From the human T2T-CHM13v2.0 reference genome, Homo sapiens: 64,000 nucleotides of DNA. The DNA lies in the NCBI RefSeq assembly GCF_009914755.1, contig NC_060928.1. The stretch is one strand, 5' to 3'. Within the stretch, counting starts at the first letter, position 1. Every line of letters begins with the position of its first letter. This document shows, piece after piece, positions 1 to 13,970 of this stretch. The notes beneath the pieces were generated by a model that did not search any database, was not told the DNA's origin, and worked only from the letters and a program-made list of their open reading frames with translations. The position numbers were made by a program, and so were the translations under genes.

Positions 1-163
1 AATGTGACAAAATCATTAAGACTTAGCTATATGAGGTATTTCTTTTTCATAATCCTCAAGCTAAAATGTCAAAATACCATCAATTACAAAACTAAAAGAC
101 AGTATAATTTTCATGGCTGTGAAATAAGTGAATCTCACACAAATGAATGTACAAAAATAATAA

Positions 164-481
<318 letters not shown>

Positions 482-574
482 TAATTTTTAAGAAGTCCCC
501 GTAACTCCCTGTAGTTCTTCAAAGGTATTATTTGACACCGGTCTTAGTAATGACTAACAGTCATAATTCAGTAA

Positions 575-900
575 TAATAAGAGCCATCACCCATTTAATG
601 CTTTCAGCAATCTTATGAGTTGGTTATCTTTCCCCTCTTTTTAAAGGTGAGGAAATGAATCGGCCCAGAGATATATTACTCATAAGGTGGAACAGGAATA
701 AAACAGAGGTAGCCTATTTTCAATGCCTATGTGCCAAGGTGACTGTCTAAATAGCACCCAATAATTCAAAACATACTTCCACATGCATCCTTTGTCCTCT
801 TTGAATCCCGAAAGTATCCCTGTGAGCCAGCCTGTTCTTTCTATTTTACAGATAAAGGCTTATCAGCTCTGGGAGGCTGAGCAAATTTCCCCAAGGAAAA
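575..900 (-). mobile_element. MIR fragments (two)
   Basis: TTTAAAGGTGAGGAAATGA and ATTTTACAGATAAAG resemble the antisense MIR core. Confidence 0.5.
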
Positions 901-1024
901 CCATAGGTATGAAACACGTTTGTATATCACAGCTTCTCAATAAATAAGACTTGAAATGTGTTCATCTGTGAGAAAGACAAAGAATGTATCACTTGAAAAT
1001 ATGGTACCTCTTGAAAAAACACAT

Positions 1025-2085
1025 TTTGGTTTTTGGTGGACCATTTATGGAAAAGAATACAAAATTACAATTACAAAATGTGTTCAGATTGAGAAAATGA
1101 GTCATCATAAATTACAAATTTTTAAAAGCTGAAAATATCTCTAATACTGCATAAGTCTTGAAAATAGCAAAAGGAGTTTTACGAAATAACTGCTAACATG
1201 GTTTGGCAATAGCTTTTCCCTACATTTTTGGTTGCATACTCCCATATGACCTCTTCCTATGACAATGATTTTTAATATATTATGAAAAGAGATCAAAAAG
1301 CTAATTCATTCTTTCTTCTAATATGATTAAAGTTTGTCTTTTATTATTGGAAATTGAGAAGACTTAAGCCCATGACCTCACACATAGACCTCGCTGTTCA
1401 TCAATTGCTACCAGTTTATGTCCTACAAACACAGGAACTCGGATATGTTCTATTTTGCCAGTTCCTGTCCAGTGTATGGGGGGTTGATAATTGTATATGT
1501 TGCATTGTTGATTATATTCCCGACATGAGAGAATGTCCATTTTGACTAGGAAACAAGAAGAACCAAGTCCTCTACAGTGCTTACAATTGTATGCATCCAA
1601 CGACTGGAACAGTTTTTCACCAATTGGCTTTTGAATCTCTGCACTTCAAGCCTTGTTTCTCCTCCACTATCCACATGCTTCCAGTACTGGGCACTGGTGT
1701 ATCACCAGCCACCACTGGCCCTGTACCTTCTGTGGCACACTGCCACCTGAAAACCACTCTCACAAAGAAAATACTGGCAACAATTTAACTGACTGTAAAC
1801 CATAAATACATACATTATTTGGGAAAAAGATTCCCAAAAATGTTCACAGACCCTCAAAGGCCACCTGACTGGAGAGTAAATATGACTGAGAGGAAATCAA
1901 AGAGTAACAAAACTAGGGCCCAAAGAGGTTGCAGTTAGATACTGTAGTGTTGCAAATTTTACAAAAACCTATGTCCATGGGAAAACATTGCCTGAACCAT
2001 GCTCCAGGGCACTGGAAGGAGCCTGTCCCGGGGAGGGACCTTGAAGTTTAAGCTTCACTGGTGTCACAGTGAACCATCTCTGTCT
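1025..2085. mobile_element. hAT-Tip100 DNA transposon relic (Zaphod/MER115-like)
   Basis: GAAAAGAATACAAAATTAC...AAATTACAAATTTTTAAAAGCTG at one end and GAAGTTTAAGCTTCAC...GTGAACCATCTCTG at the other resemble recalled consensus. Confidence 0.55.
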
Positions 2086-2619
2086 TCCTGAAAAAGAGTG
2101 ATAGAGAAGAGTCTTGCAGAAAGATTTAAAATTTATTAGGAGCTCAAAAGCTTCCATTGCTTTTTTGACTCTGACTTTCTTTAATTAGCCAAGAGAGAGT
2201 CAAATGCTAATTGTCTAAGGGTTTTCCCACAGTGTCTTTTCTTTGCCAGAGAAATGCCAAGAAAACTGCTGGGCTGTAAAGGGGCAAAATGAGGCACCTA
2301 GAGTTTCCAAATAATTTAAGATGCAAAACCACTTCATTTAGATCAATTAAAAATGTTCTTGACTAACTTCATTTGCATGTTTATATTAGTTCTCCACTTC
2401 ACTTGGATTATGTAATTTAAACGCTGCATTTAATTATAGCACAAACCCTTATTTATCAACCATCACTGATGTTACCGGTAAATAAGCCTTATCTTTCTAT
2501 TCAGTATAAAAAGTACATCATAATAAACAAAGAGGAGCAATCTTCAAGCTGGAAAGGTTTGAATGAACATGATGGCAAGGGAACGGAAACCCAGGATTAA
2601 GTGGAAAGCAGTTGGGGAG

Positions 2620-2880
2620 AAAAAAAGCTCTTCGTTACTTTAAATAAACTAAAATCTCCAGACAGAGATGATTTCCCTCTCAAAGTACTGAAAGAATCTG
2701 CAAATGTGAACATTGCTCACTTTCATAACTTTTGCATAATTACAGAAAACAGAGGAGATGTTGAGAATATCAAAATGGAATAGTTGCCCATTCCAAAGAA
2801 GAGGAGAGAAATGTATTTGAAAAACACAAGACCAAAAATCTTGGAGTCAATTTCTAACAAAATGTTAAAATATATTATGA
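2620..2880 (+). mobile_element. CR1/L3 LINE ORF2 relic
   Basis: translates KSPDRDDFPLKVLKESA and LPIPKKRREMYLKNTRPKILESISNKMLKYI, similar to CR1 KSPGPDGIHPRVLKELA and [31 protein letters not shown]. Confidence 0.75.
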
Positions 2881-3809
2881 TTTTCTCAGTTAGGAATTCC
2901 ACAATCAACAACTCATTATAGTCAAATCTGATTTCTGGCTCCCAGCCCCAATTTTATCTGACAAAAAATAATCTAAATTCTATTAAACTCCATCATTGTC
3001 TCAATTATTCAAGTTTATAATTCAGAAAGGGGTTAAAACCCTCTCTGAGGGTTTTTTCCTCTCCCTTTCCTCCATGAGGTTGATTCTAAGCTCCAGAGAG
3101 GGGCATATATTATAAGAAATGCCCACATTGTCTCTCCTCCTGGTACAGAGGGAGCTGATTTCATTTTGAGTTTGCTCTTTCTGCCTATATCCTGTGTGAA
3201 CCTCCTGCTCCACATCCACAGAAGGTCCTCTAGGGTACAATGGACACAGCCCCCTCCAATAGCAGCCTCATGGGTCTACATGGAGTGAGTTGGCTGCCAC
3301 TGGTGTCTTGGAAATCAACTTCAGCCTGATACAAACCAAAGGTCCAGGCTCTCTTTCCCAAGAGGCCACATCAGTTGCAAACTCAATTGCTTCAAGACAA
3401 CCTGCTCCAGTTCAGTTTGTGTTTATAAACAGCCGTCACAGCAGATTTATGCTGCTCCTATGAATTTGCAATGATCTGCCATATGCAGAGGTTAAAATTA
3501 CAAGGCACAAATTTTGGTGTTCCAACATGAGTACAAATGGCCTGAATTGCCTGAGAAACAGCAGAATGCAATGGTTTTCTTTGATTTTGGAAGATTACAC
3601 TGTCCACTAGGGAGCAGAATGAAGGTTCAAGAATAAAGTCAAGCTTAGTTTTTAAAAAAGCCCTATTTTTGCACAACTAAGCTTGTAGCCTATAAAATTC
3701 ATACCTGATCAATATAACACTGTCTTTTAAGCATTAAGTAAAGGAGGCATTTATCACTAACGGCCCACATGGGCTTGCAAACAATAAGGCTCACTAAACT
3801 AACCACTGC

Positions 3810-4070
3810 TTTTTCGGGTACTTATATTTGTACATATTTATGGGGTACATGTGAAATTTTCTTATGTGCATAGAATAATGATCAAGTAAGGGTATTTAGG
3901 GTATCATCTGAGTATTTATCATTTCTATGTGTTGGGTACATTTCAAGTCCTCTCTTCTAGCTATTTTAAAAGTATAAATCATTGTTAACTACAGCCATCT
4001 TACTCTTCTAAGATTAGAACTTACTTATTCTATCCAACTGTATGTTATTTTGTACTCATTAACTAACCAC
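3810..4070 (-). mobile_element. L1MA-type 3' end fragment
   Basis: TGTACATATTTATGGGGTACATGTG...CAAGTCCTCTCTTCTAGCTATTTT is antisense L1MA 3'UTR. Confidence 0.85.
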
Positions 4071-4143
4071 ACATGTTTTTTTTTTAATTTGAGAAATCAA
4101 AGAAAAACTATAAACCTGCATCTTGACTGAAGAAAAATACTGA

Positions 4144-4440
<297 letters not shown>

Positions 4441-4509
4441 AAATAATACACTTTTTATGGCATCTCAGAGACAAATGACATAGGAGAAGAACTACTTCAA
4501 ACTCCAGTA

Positions 4510-4610
4510 ATTCTAATGAGAAACTTGAGGCTCAGAGAAGTTAAGTGACATCTTCAAGGTGAAACTGTCACATAGTAATAAAGAGCAAACTTGAAATCTG
4601 GGCTCTTTTC
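4510..4610 (-). mobile_element. MIR fragment
   Basis: ATGAGAAACTTGAGGCTCAGAGAAGTTAAGTGAC. Confidence 0.7.
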
Positions 4611-4788
4611 TCTCAAACCATTTATAAGCATGCTCTGTATCGCAACCTGTGCTAGAAGTTGTGGATGTCAAGATGGATAGTAACAATTCTAGCTTTACAC
4701 AGCTCAAAGCTGAGTCAGGGACATTAAATAAACCCCAGCTGGCTTCAGTCTCTAGGCCCAAGGGAAATCCTGTCAATTTTCTTCGAAG

Positions 4789-4990
4789 GGGTGTCCTGGA
4801 GCTGGCCTTCAACCAGCTCACAAAAGCCACTTGCGTCATCTCTTCCCAATTCCGTGTTCAGTGACATTATGTTGGTATACTGAAACTGGCAGTGGTATGA
4901 ATATTTACACTAAGGAAATCAGCAACACTACAAATCAGAGCTTTCCCCCACCCCAGGACCATTTTTTAAGCATTTACCAGTACACCACTC
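4789..4990. mobile_element. MER63-like hAT (Blackjack) non-autonomous element
   Basis: GGTGTCCTGGAGCTGG...CATCTCTTCCCAATTCCGTGTTCAGTGAC...CATTTACCAGTACACCACT with imperfect terminal inverted repeats. Confidence 0.75.
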
Positions 4991-6090
4991 AGGGACTCTC
5001 CTGTGTTTCACTCTTGTTGTTGCTGACACTAATCTTCTCCAGCCTGTGGCTCTGTTTTCCCTAAAAGCAGGATTTGGAGTAAAAGGAGGGCGTCCTACAT
5101 TTTCTTGTGACTCTTAAAATGATGATCATATCATTTTAAGGAAATTGAAGCTATTACAGAGGTAAAAGAATTAAACAAGCACATGAGGAAGTTACAAAGA
5201 TTCCTGTAGTTTACATTGTACTAACCTGACCTCAAGTCTCTTTCCTAGTTCTCTACTGAGTTCATGAATAAATAAGATAATGTACCTAAAGCTCCTAGTA
5301 TAGTGCTTGGCACATAAGATGATACTCAATAGTCATTATGATTATAGTTTTAATAAACAGAAATATCTTTGGGACCTGGTCCTTGGCCTTTGTTGGGCTG
5401 AGGTTGGAAAACAACAGTCCTCCTGATCAGCCCTCTTTCCTCAGGTGAATAGCTGTCCTCCCAGAAGATTCCCTGTGAGAAAAAGGAAGCCTGAAGATGC
5501 AATTAATGTGGAACAATATATACCCTGATTTTCTGATGCTCTCTTTTATTTAATGTCCCTAACTATATTTAGACTGGATCCTGGTCTTGCACTGGGACTC
5601 TGATCCCCATAAAGATGCCCCGTCCTACACACACACACTGTTCCACAGAATTTTCTTGTCAAGAAACATAGTTGAAAATAAAGTCGAAATGGTTCTGAGA
5701 AAACTGGATATCCACAAGCAAAAGAATAAAATTGGACCCTTAGTCTACACCATACCCAAAAAATCAACTCAGAATGAATTAAAGGCTTAAACTAAGTAAG
5801 ACCTGAAACTAAAACTCCTAGAAGAAAACAGGGGAAAAGCTGCTTGACATTGGTCTTGGAAATGATGTTTTTGGATATCACACCAAAAACTCAGGCAACA
5901 AGGCAGAAATAAACAAGTGGGACTACGTCAAACTAAAAAGCTTCTGCATAGCAAAGATAATTTTTTAAAAGTCAGCCTATTAATTGGGAGAAAATATTTG
6001 CAAACTATATATTTGATAAGGGATTAATAGTCAAAATACGTAAGGAACTCATACAACTGAATCTCAATAAGACGAATAACCTGATTTTTA

Positions 6091-6337
6091 TTTTTGTCTT
6101 TTTTATTATACTTTAAGTTCTGGGATACATGTGCAGAATGTGCAGGTTTGTTACATAGATATACACATGCTATTGTGGTTTGCTGCACCCATCAACCCAT
6201 CATCTACATTAGGTATTTGTCCTGATGTTCTCCCTCCCCTAACCCCCCACCCCCGACAGGCCCTGGTGTGTGATGTTCCCCTCCCTGTGACCATGTGTTC
6301 TCATTGTTCAGTTCCCACTTATGAGTGAGAACATGTG
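6091..6337 (-). mobile_element. short antisense L1PA 3' stub
   Basis: T-rich tail, L1PA 3'UTR; perfect 15-bp TSD ATAACCTGATTTTTA at 6076-6090 and 6338-6352. Confidence 0.93.
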
Positions 6338-7095
6338 ATAACCTGATTTTTAAATGGGCAAAGGACTTGAATAGATATTCTTCCAAAGAAGACATAAAAA
6401 TGGCCAACGGGTACATGAAAAAGTGCTCAACATCACAAACCATAAGGGAAATGCAAATCAAAGCCACAATGACATGTGCTCTCACACTTGTTAGGATAGC
6501 CATGATTAAGAAGATGAATGATAACGTGTCGGCAAGGATGTGGAGGAAAGGGAACACTTGTACAATGCTGGAGAAAATATAAATTGGTACAAACCATTAT
6601 AGAAAACAATATGTAGGTTTCTCAAAACATTAAAAATAGAACTACCATACAATCCAGCAATCCCACTGATGGGAAAACACACAATGGAAATGAAATCATT
6701 ATATCAAAGAGATATCTGCATGCCCATGTTTATTGTAGCACTATTCACAATAGCTAAGACATGGAAACAATCTAAGTGTCCATTGACAGCTGAAAGGATA
6801 AAGAAGATGTGGTATATGTATACTACACATGATGGAATATTATTAATCCTTTAAAAAGAAGGGGATCCAGCCATTTGGTAACACATGGATGAACCTCAGG
6901 GATATTATGCTACATAAATGAGCCAGACACAGAAATAAAAATAATGCATGATGTCCCTAATATGTGAAATCTTAAAAAGCCAAATACATGGAAACAGAGA
7001 GTGAAATGAGGGTTGACAAGGGTGCAGATAGGGAGAAATGGGGAGATGTTGGTTAAAGGGTATAAAGTAGCAGATATGTAGCATGAACAAGCCTA

Positions 7096-7435
<340 letters not shown>

Positions 7436-7869
7436 CGAGTCTACAGAGCTAATGTGCAACATGACTACAGTTAATAATATTGTATTGCATTCTGAAAATT
7501 TGCTTAGAGAGTGGATTTCAGGTGTTCTTGCTATGAAATGAAGGCAACTATGTGAGGAGATGAACATGTTTATTTGCTTGATTACAGTAATCATTTTACT
7601 ATGAATATATGTATCAAAATATGTTGTACACCACAAAATCATATAATAAAAATGAAATGAAAATAAAGTGGCAAATACTACAGTAAAGCACAAATGCAAT
7701 GTATGTTAGCAGTTTAGGCTGGGATAGGGGCAATGTGGAATGTGAGAAGGCCTCATACGTTCTTTCCAGGCAAGATGTGTCTGTGAAGCAGATGAAGAGA
7801 CGTGAACATAAGGAGAGTACATTAAGGAGGATTTATTACTAAGGGGAAAAGGTGCCAGGAATCTGTGAT

Positions 7870-8135
7870 AAAAAGGGTCTCAGTCAATCCAGATGGAGGT
7901 CTCTAGTGCCAGGCATATGTCTTTCTACTTGGCCCTAGGCTGCTTAGCCATCTGACATAAGAGAAGATGCAAGACATTTGCTTATCAGATTTTTGGATGG
8001 CACAAAGTTGGGAGTGAAAAATAACACACCCAAAAGAAGAACAGAAGACCACTTGGGATGATAAGATGAGCTCCTCCCAAAAGCAAGGTGAAGTTTAGAC
8101 ATGATATAAGCAGACTCTGATGCTTGGGTGTGCAC
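7870..8135 (+). mobile_element. CR1/L3 reverse-transcriptase relic
   Basis: GGAGGTCTCTAGTG (CR1 EVSSGVPQG region); 7981-8013 translates LIRFLDGTKLG, similar to CR1 LIKFADDTKLG. Confidence 0.75.
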
Positions 8136-8959
8136 TTAAGCAATGAACACAGCGAACATTCTGTCCTTCAAATATGATCTGGTTAACACATGCCTGTGCC
8201 AAAGAGCTTGGAGCCTATCTTTCTCACATGTTATCTGTTTCATATCCTGGGAAGTTATTTGTGAGATTGCTTGTTGGCTTTGAGGATGTAGTCTGTGGCT
8301 GTGGCACTAAACATTTCTTTCCAGATGGTTATCTGACCATCTGTGAATGAACCTGATTTTTAATATTAAATGAAATGTATTCTAACCAAATCAGCCAACC
8401 AGAATTTAATATTTGGATTGGGAGGAAAATTTGTGTTGAATTATTGGGGCAATTTCTTGATTCTTTATTTAACATTGCTTAACTTAATAGTAGCAGAGAG
8501 AATATCAAGGGCCCTTTCATCCCTTTCACTAGTTAGGTAACATTCCTTTAGTGGTACAAGACAGGATCCAAATATGGCATGTAAGAGATGTCATCTAGAA
8601 GAAAAATTACTCTTAATTTTGACTGTCCATAAAGATGACTTCATGACCTCTTCAAGAAAATGCTTTGGCAAATAACTTCATTATATACTAGGTATCGTTT
8701 CTGATGAATGCATTAATACATTTTAAATATCCTAAAAATACATTATTTAGTGAGTGCAAAAGAGTTTTTATATTAAAATCCATTGACATTATCTGCTTCC
8801 CTAAAACATGTAAATAAAGTTTATTGTCTTATTAATGAAATTTTTCCCATAAAGGTATATTATTACACCATATATAATTAAAAGCAGCATAGGCTGTAAA
8901 TCACACTGATTTTTTTTCTGAAATGCACCTACTCTAGATAATGCTAACAATTGTTCCTT

Positions 8960-11103
8960 CCATATTGCCCTAAGCAATTTACAGATTAAATGTTATTCCT
9001 ATCAAAATATCAACGACATTTTTCACAGAACTAGAAATAACTATTCTTTTTTTTTAATTATTATTATACTTCAAGTTTTAGGGTACATGTGCACATTGTG
9101 CAGGTTAGTTACATATGTATACATGTGCCATGCTGGTGCACTGCACCCACTAACTCGTCATCTAGCATTAGGTATATCTCCCAATGCTATCCCTCCCCCC
9201 TCCCCCCACCCCACCACAGTCCCCAGAGTGTGATATTCCCCTTCCTGTGTCCATGTGATCTCATTGTTCAATTCCCACCTATGAGTGAGAATATGCGGTG
9301 TTTGTGTTTTTGTTCTTGCGATAGTTTACTGAGAATGATGTTTTCCAATTTCATCCATGTCCCTACAAAGGACATGAACTCATCACTTTTTATGGCTGCA
9401 TAGTATTCCATGGTGTATATGTGCCACATTTTCTTAATCCAGTCTATCATTGTTGGACATTTGGGTTGGTTCCAAGTCTTTGCTATTGTGAATAATGCCG
9501 CAATAAACATACGTGAGCATGTGCCATCCCATTACTGGGTATATACCCAAAGGACTATAAATCATGCTGCTAGAAATAACTATTCTGAACTCCATTTGGA
9601 ACAAAAAAATAAAAATAAAAAGCCTGAATAGTCAAAGCAATCCTAAGCAAAAAGAACAAAACTGGAGGCATCACACTACCCGACTTGAAACTATACTACA
9701 AGGCCACAGTAATTAAAACAGCATTGAACTAGTACAAAAACAGACACATAGACCAATAGAATAAGTTAGAGAACTCGGAAAAAAAGCCGCACACTTACAA
9801 CCATCTGTTCTTTGACAAAGTTGACAATAACAAGCAATGGGGAAAGGATTCCCTATTAAATACATGGTGCTGGAATAGCTGGCTAGCCATATGCAGAAGA
9901 TTGAAACTGGACCCCTTCTTTATGCCATATACAAAAATCAACTCAAGATGAATTAAAGACTTTAATATAAAATCCATAACTATAAAAAGTCTGGAAGAAA
10001 ACCTAGGAAATACCATTCTGGATATCAGTCCTGGCAAAGACTTCATGATGAAGACTCCAAAAGCAATTATAATGAAAATAAAAATTAAAAGTGAGAACTA
10101 ACTAAACTAAAGAGCTCTTGTACAGGAAAAGAAACTACCAACAGAGTAAACAGACAATCTACAGAGTGAGAGAAAATATTTGCAAACTATGCATCTGACA
10201 AAGGTCTAAAATCCAGACTCTATAAGGAATTTATACAAATCAACAAGCAAAAAACAAATGACCCCATTAAAAAATGGGCAAAGGACATGAACAGACGCTT
10301 CTCAAAAGAAGTCATACATGCAGCCAATAAGCATATGAAAAAAATGTTCAATATGACTAATTATTAGGAAAATGAAAATGAAAACTACAATGAGATACCA
10401 TCTCACACCAGTCAGAATGGCTATTATTAAAAAGTCAAAAAATAACAGATGCTAGTTAGATTGCAGAGAAAAGGGAATGCTTTTACACTACTGGTGGCAA
10501 TGTATGTTAGTTCAGCCATTGCAGAAAGCAGTCTGGAGATTTCTCAAAAAACCTAAAATAGAACTACCATTCAACCTAGCAATCCCATTACTGAGTATAT
10601 ACTCAAAGGGATATAAATCCTTCTGTCATAAAGACACATGCACACATATGTTCACTGCAGCACTATTAACAACAACAAAACATGGAATCAACCTAGATGC
10701 TCATCAGTGGTGGACTGAATAAAGAATGTGTGGTACATATACACCGTGGAATACTATGCAGCTATAAAAAAAGAATAAAATCATCTCCTTTGCAGAAACA
10801 TGGATGGAGCTGGAGACCATTAGCCTAAGCAAAATAATTCAGGAACAGAAAACGTAATACGACACGTTTTCACCTTTAAGCTACGCATTGAGTACACATG
10901 GACACAAAGAAGGGAATGATAGACAATGGAGTTTTTTGAGGGTGAAGGAGGAAAGATTGAAAAACTACATATTGGATATTATGCTGATTACGGGGGTGGT
11001 AAAATTATTTGTACAGCAAACCCCCATGACATGCAATTTACCCGTGTAACAGAGCTGCACATGTACCCCTTGAACCTAAAATAAAAGTTGGAAAGAAAAA
11101 AAA
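8960..11103 (+). mobile_element. 5'-truncated L1PA15/16-like LINE
   Basis: ORF2 3' half and 3'UTR (CCCCCATGACATGCAATTTACC...CCCCTTGAACCTAAAATAAAAG), poly-A; possible degenerate TSD AATTGTT(C/G)CTT. Confidence 0.92.
9048..9570 (-). mobile_element. young L1PA2-like insertion with 5' inversion (twin priming)
   Basis: 17-bp perfect TSD CTAGAAATAACTATTCT (9031-9047, 9570-9586); antisense 3' end 9048-9522 plus ~47-bp inverted piece 9523-9570. Confidence 0.93.
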
Positions 11104-12994
11104 TTGTTGCTTTTATACAAAGAAGATACTAGAAAACCCCTCCTGGTTTTTGTGACATAATTTTTATCCAAAAATATTTAAAATTTAACATCTTAAAGAT
11201 ATATTAAGAAAATGTATCCACTCAATAAAATAAAAAACAATTTTTGATAAATCAGGGTAAATATTAGAATAAATACATGCTTACTGTGAGGTTCTGTTCA
11301 TTTAATTCTGAATTTTTTAGCCAAGAAGAAATCAATCAAATGTTACATTCACAGTGTTTTTAAGATAAACAATACCCAGTTAAGAAAAAGTACAGTTTTT
11401 AGTAAATATAAATATTTGAGAGATAGTCTTCTCACGGACGTTCAGCTCATCATAAGACAATCTGAAGTTCAATCAGTTTATAGGCTTCTCTAGTAATTAC
11501 ATAGCATGGGTTAGTCTACCCTTAGGCTCTATAACCATTCATTTTGTGGCCAATGATACTGCTGATACTGTGACAAAAATAAGTATTAATGAAAATCTGA
11601 TGATTCTCCCTGTGGGTAATGAACAATTGTTATCTCTATAGAAAGAGGTAGATAGAGTGAGATAGAGATACAGATGAACATAGCGATATGGAGACAAAGA
11701 CAGAGCGGAACATAGAGCACTGGAGCGGACCTTCTCATTGTATAATACTCCCTGCTCCAGATGAAGGGAGAGAGGCAAGTTATTCCTCAAAATATTCTGA
11801 AAAGCAGTGATTTCTGAGGAAAAGAGGACTTATTTGTATAGGAACCTGAGGATTTGGAGGCAAGAAGGCAGACTTAACCCCTACTTCTCTGAGACTGTAA
11901 GATAGAGAATCCAGTGGGCCAAGTGGCTTTGACAAGACTTCACTGGCAGGAAAGATCATCAAAAACTCCACATTGTTCAAGGGGAGTCAGTTTTGATGAT
12001 CTTCATTCTATACAAGGTCTTAAGAATTGGTGGGAGGGGGAGGGCTGGTTCCAGCACAGAGGGTAACTGAAGCCAGAATCACCATATATCTTAGCTCAGT
12101 GGTTGTCCTTTTAGAAAAGCCTCTGGCCACATGGGTGTGAAATGAAGAGTTTCAGCCTAGGATTCTAAGAGGGCACTAGTGAGCCCTGGACAGACAGTGG
12201 TCCATTCACCAACCATCTGACAACTGAATGCAGCAGCAAGAAGCAAGGGCAGCGGTGGACTCAACCACTATTCTGGTTTGCTTTGTACTTGGCATTTGGA
12301 AGCAGTGCTAACCCCAGCCCCCCTTCCCAAATTAATCAAACCCTCAAGGTTGTGGAAAATTAGTGTTGTGGAAAAGGAATTAACAGTGATTCTGGACTTT
12401 CTGTTAATAAGAAAAGTGGTCCTCTCGAACAATTATTTGGAAAAATACAAGAAGTGCAACCATAGTTTTTCCCCAGATCTATGAAGCAAGTAGAAACAAT
12501 TCCACAGGGCTCAGGCATCACATTGAGACAAATAGGTGCAGGTGATCAGCCACAGTTAGTCTTAGACTTGCCAAGTGACTTCTGCTAAGCTTTGTACAAT
12601 TGAAGGGAGAGGATCCAGAAAGCACATGTATCCAGTGTCTACACCAGGAAAAAAAAATGCACCCCTTGAAGAATCTTCAACATGAATTTTGGCATCCTTA
12701 ATGCCCAAAGTAGCTTTCCGTAACTGAATGTTTATTAAGTATCCTGGAGAAGCCATTGTTTTCCTTAAAAATATCTGGTGGCCTATGCCCATCCAAAGTG
12801 CTTAATTAGTGATTATTAAAACTGTAAACATATTGTGTACTTGTTATTTCCCTCCCACACATCTTGTAAAACTGCCACCAAAGACAAGGTCCACTATAAT
12901 ATTCAACATTCTTGGGTGAAAAATTCTCTTCTAGTTAATGCTAAAAGGAAAAAAAAAATGGCAAGGAAACACACTTTTCTTTATATTCTGGTAT

Positions 12995-13405
12995 GCACTC
13001 ATTCATTCATCCGTCCTTTCTATTATTTCAATTATTCGTTTAAACTACGAACTATGTGACAGTCATTTGCTGTGTGATGGAGATACAAAGATGTGTGGAA
13101 TGCATCTCTAACCTCTAGAGATGCCCAGTTAAAGTGGAAGAGGAAAATATGCACATAATATGTTAACAGGATGCTGTAGATTGTATGGGCTTATAATGGA
13201 GGAAGTATTTAACCTGGAGGTAAAAGAAGACTTGTAAAGGAGGCAATGTATGAGATGAATCTTGAAGAGTGAGAGAGAAGCAGGCATCAAGATGGGTCCC
13301 AGCTTTCAGACTTGGCATGCATGAATCCTGGTGCCAGTAACTAAGATAAAGAAAGAACAAAGGAAGACTCATTTCTGGGAGACCATAAAGAGTTCCGTTT
13401 TAGAA
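12995..13405 (-). mobile_element. L2 fragments
   Basis: CATTCATTCAT tail followed by GATGGAGATACAAAGATG, typical antisense L2 3' region. Confidence 0.6.
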
Positions 13406-13439
13406 TTGTACCTTGATACTGCTGCCTTGGTTTTGATCA

Positions 13440-13625
13440 CAGTGTGGCATAGTTGACTGGCACCTGCTTTCAGTTAAGCTGAACCAGGTTCATATCCTGG
13501 CTCTACCACTTACTAATGACATTACCATGGGCAAAGTTCTTAAATTCTCAGAGCCATGATTTTCTCACCTATAAAACAGAATTAATGATACATACTTCTT
13601 AGGTTTCAAGGATTAAAATGTACAA
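13440..13625 (+). mobile_element. MIR
   Basis: CCAGGTTCATATCCTGGCTCTACCACTTACTA...TTTTCTCACCTATAAAAC. Confidence 0.8.
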
Positions 13626-13674
13626 TACTAGCTAAATTGATAATCCTTTTAATAATCCTTTAAAATAACCTCTT

Positions 13675-13970
13675 GGCCAGGTGCAGTGGCTCACGCCTGT
13701 AATCCCAGCACTTTCAGAGGCTGAGGCAGGCAGATCACCTGAGGTCGGGAGTTCGAGACCAGCCTGGCCAACATGGAGAAACACCATCTCTACTAAAAAT
13801 ACAAAAATTATCCAGGCATGGTGGTGCATGCCTGTAATCCTAGCTACTCGGGAGGCTGAGGCAGGAGAATTGCTTGAACCTGGAGGTGGAGGTTATGGTG
13901 AGCTGAGATCATGCCATTGCACTCCAGCCTGGGCAACGAGAGCGAAACTCCATCTCAAAAAAAAAAAAAA
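13675..13970 (+). mobile_element. Alu SINE (AluSp/Sq-like)
   Basis: GAGGTCGGGAG, CATGGAGAAAC, GGCAACGAGAGCGAAACTCC; TSD about AAAA(T/A)AACCTCTT. Confidence 0.97.
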
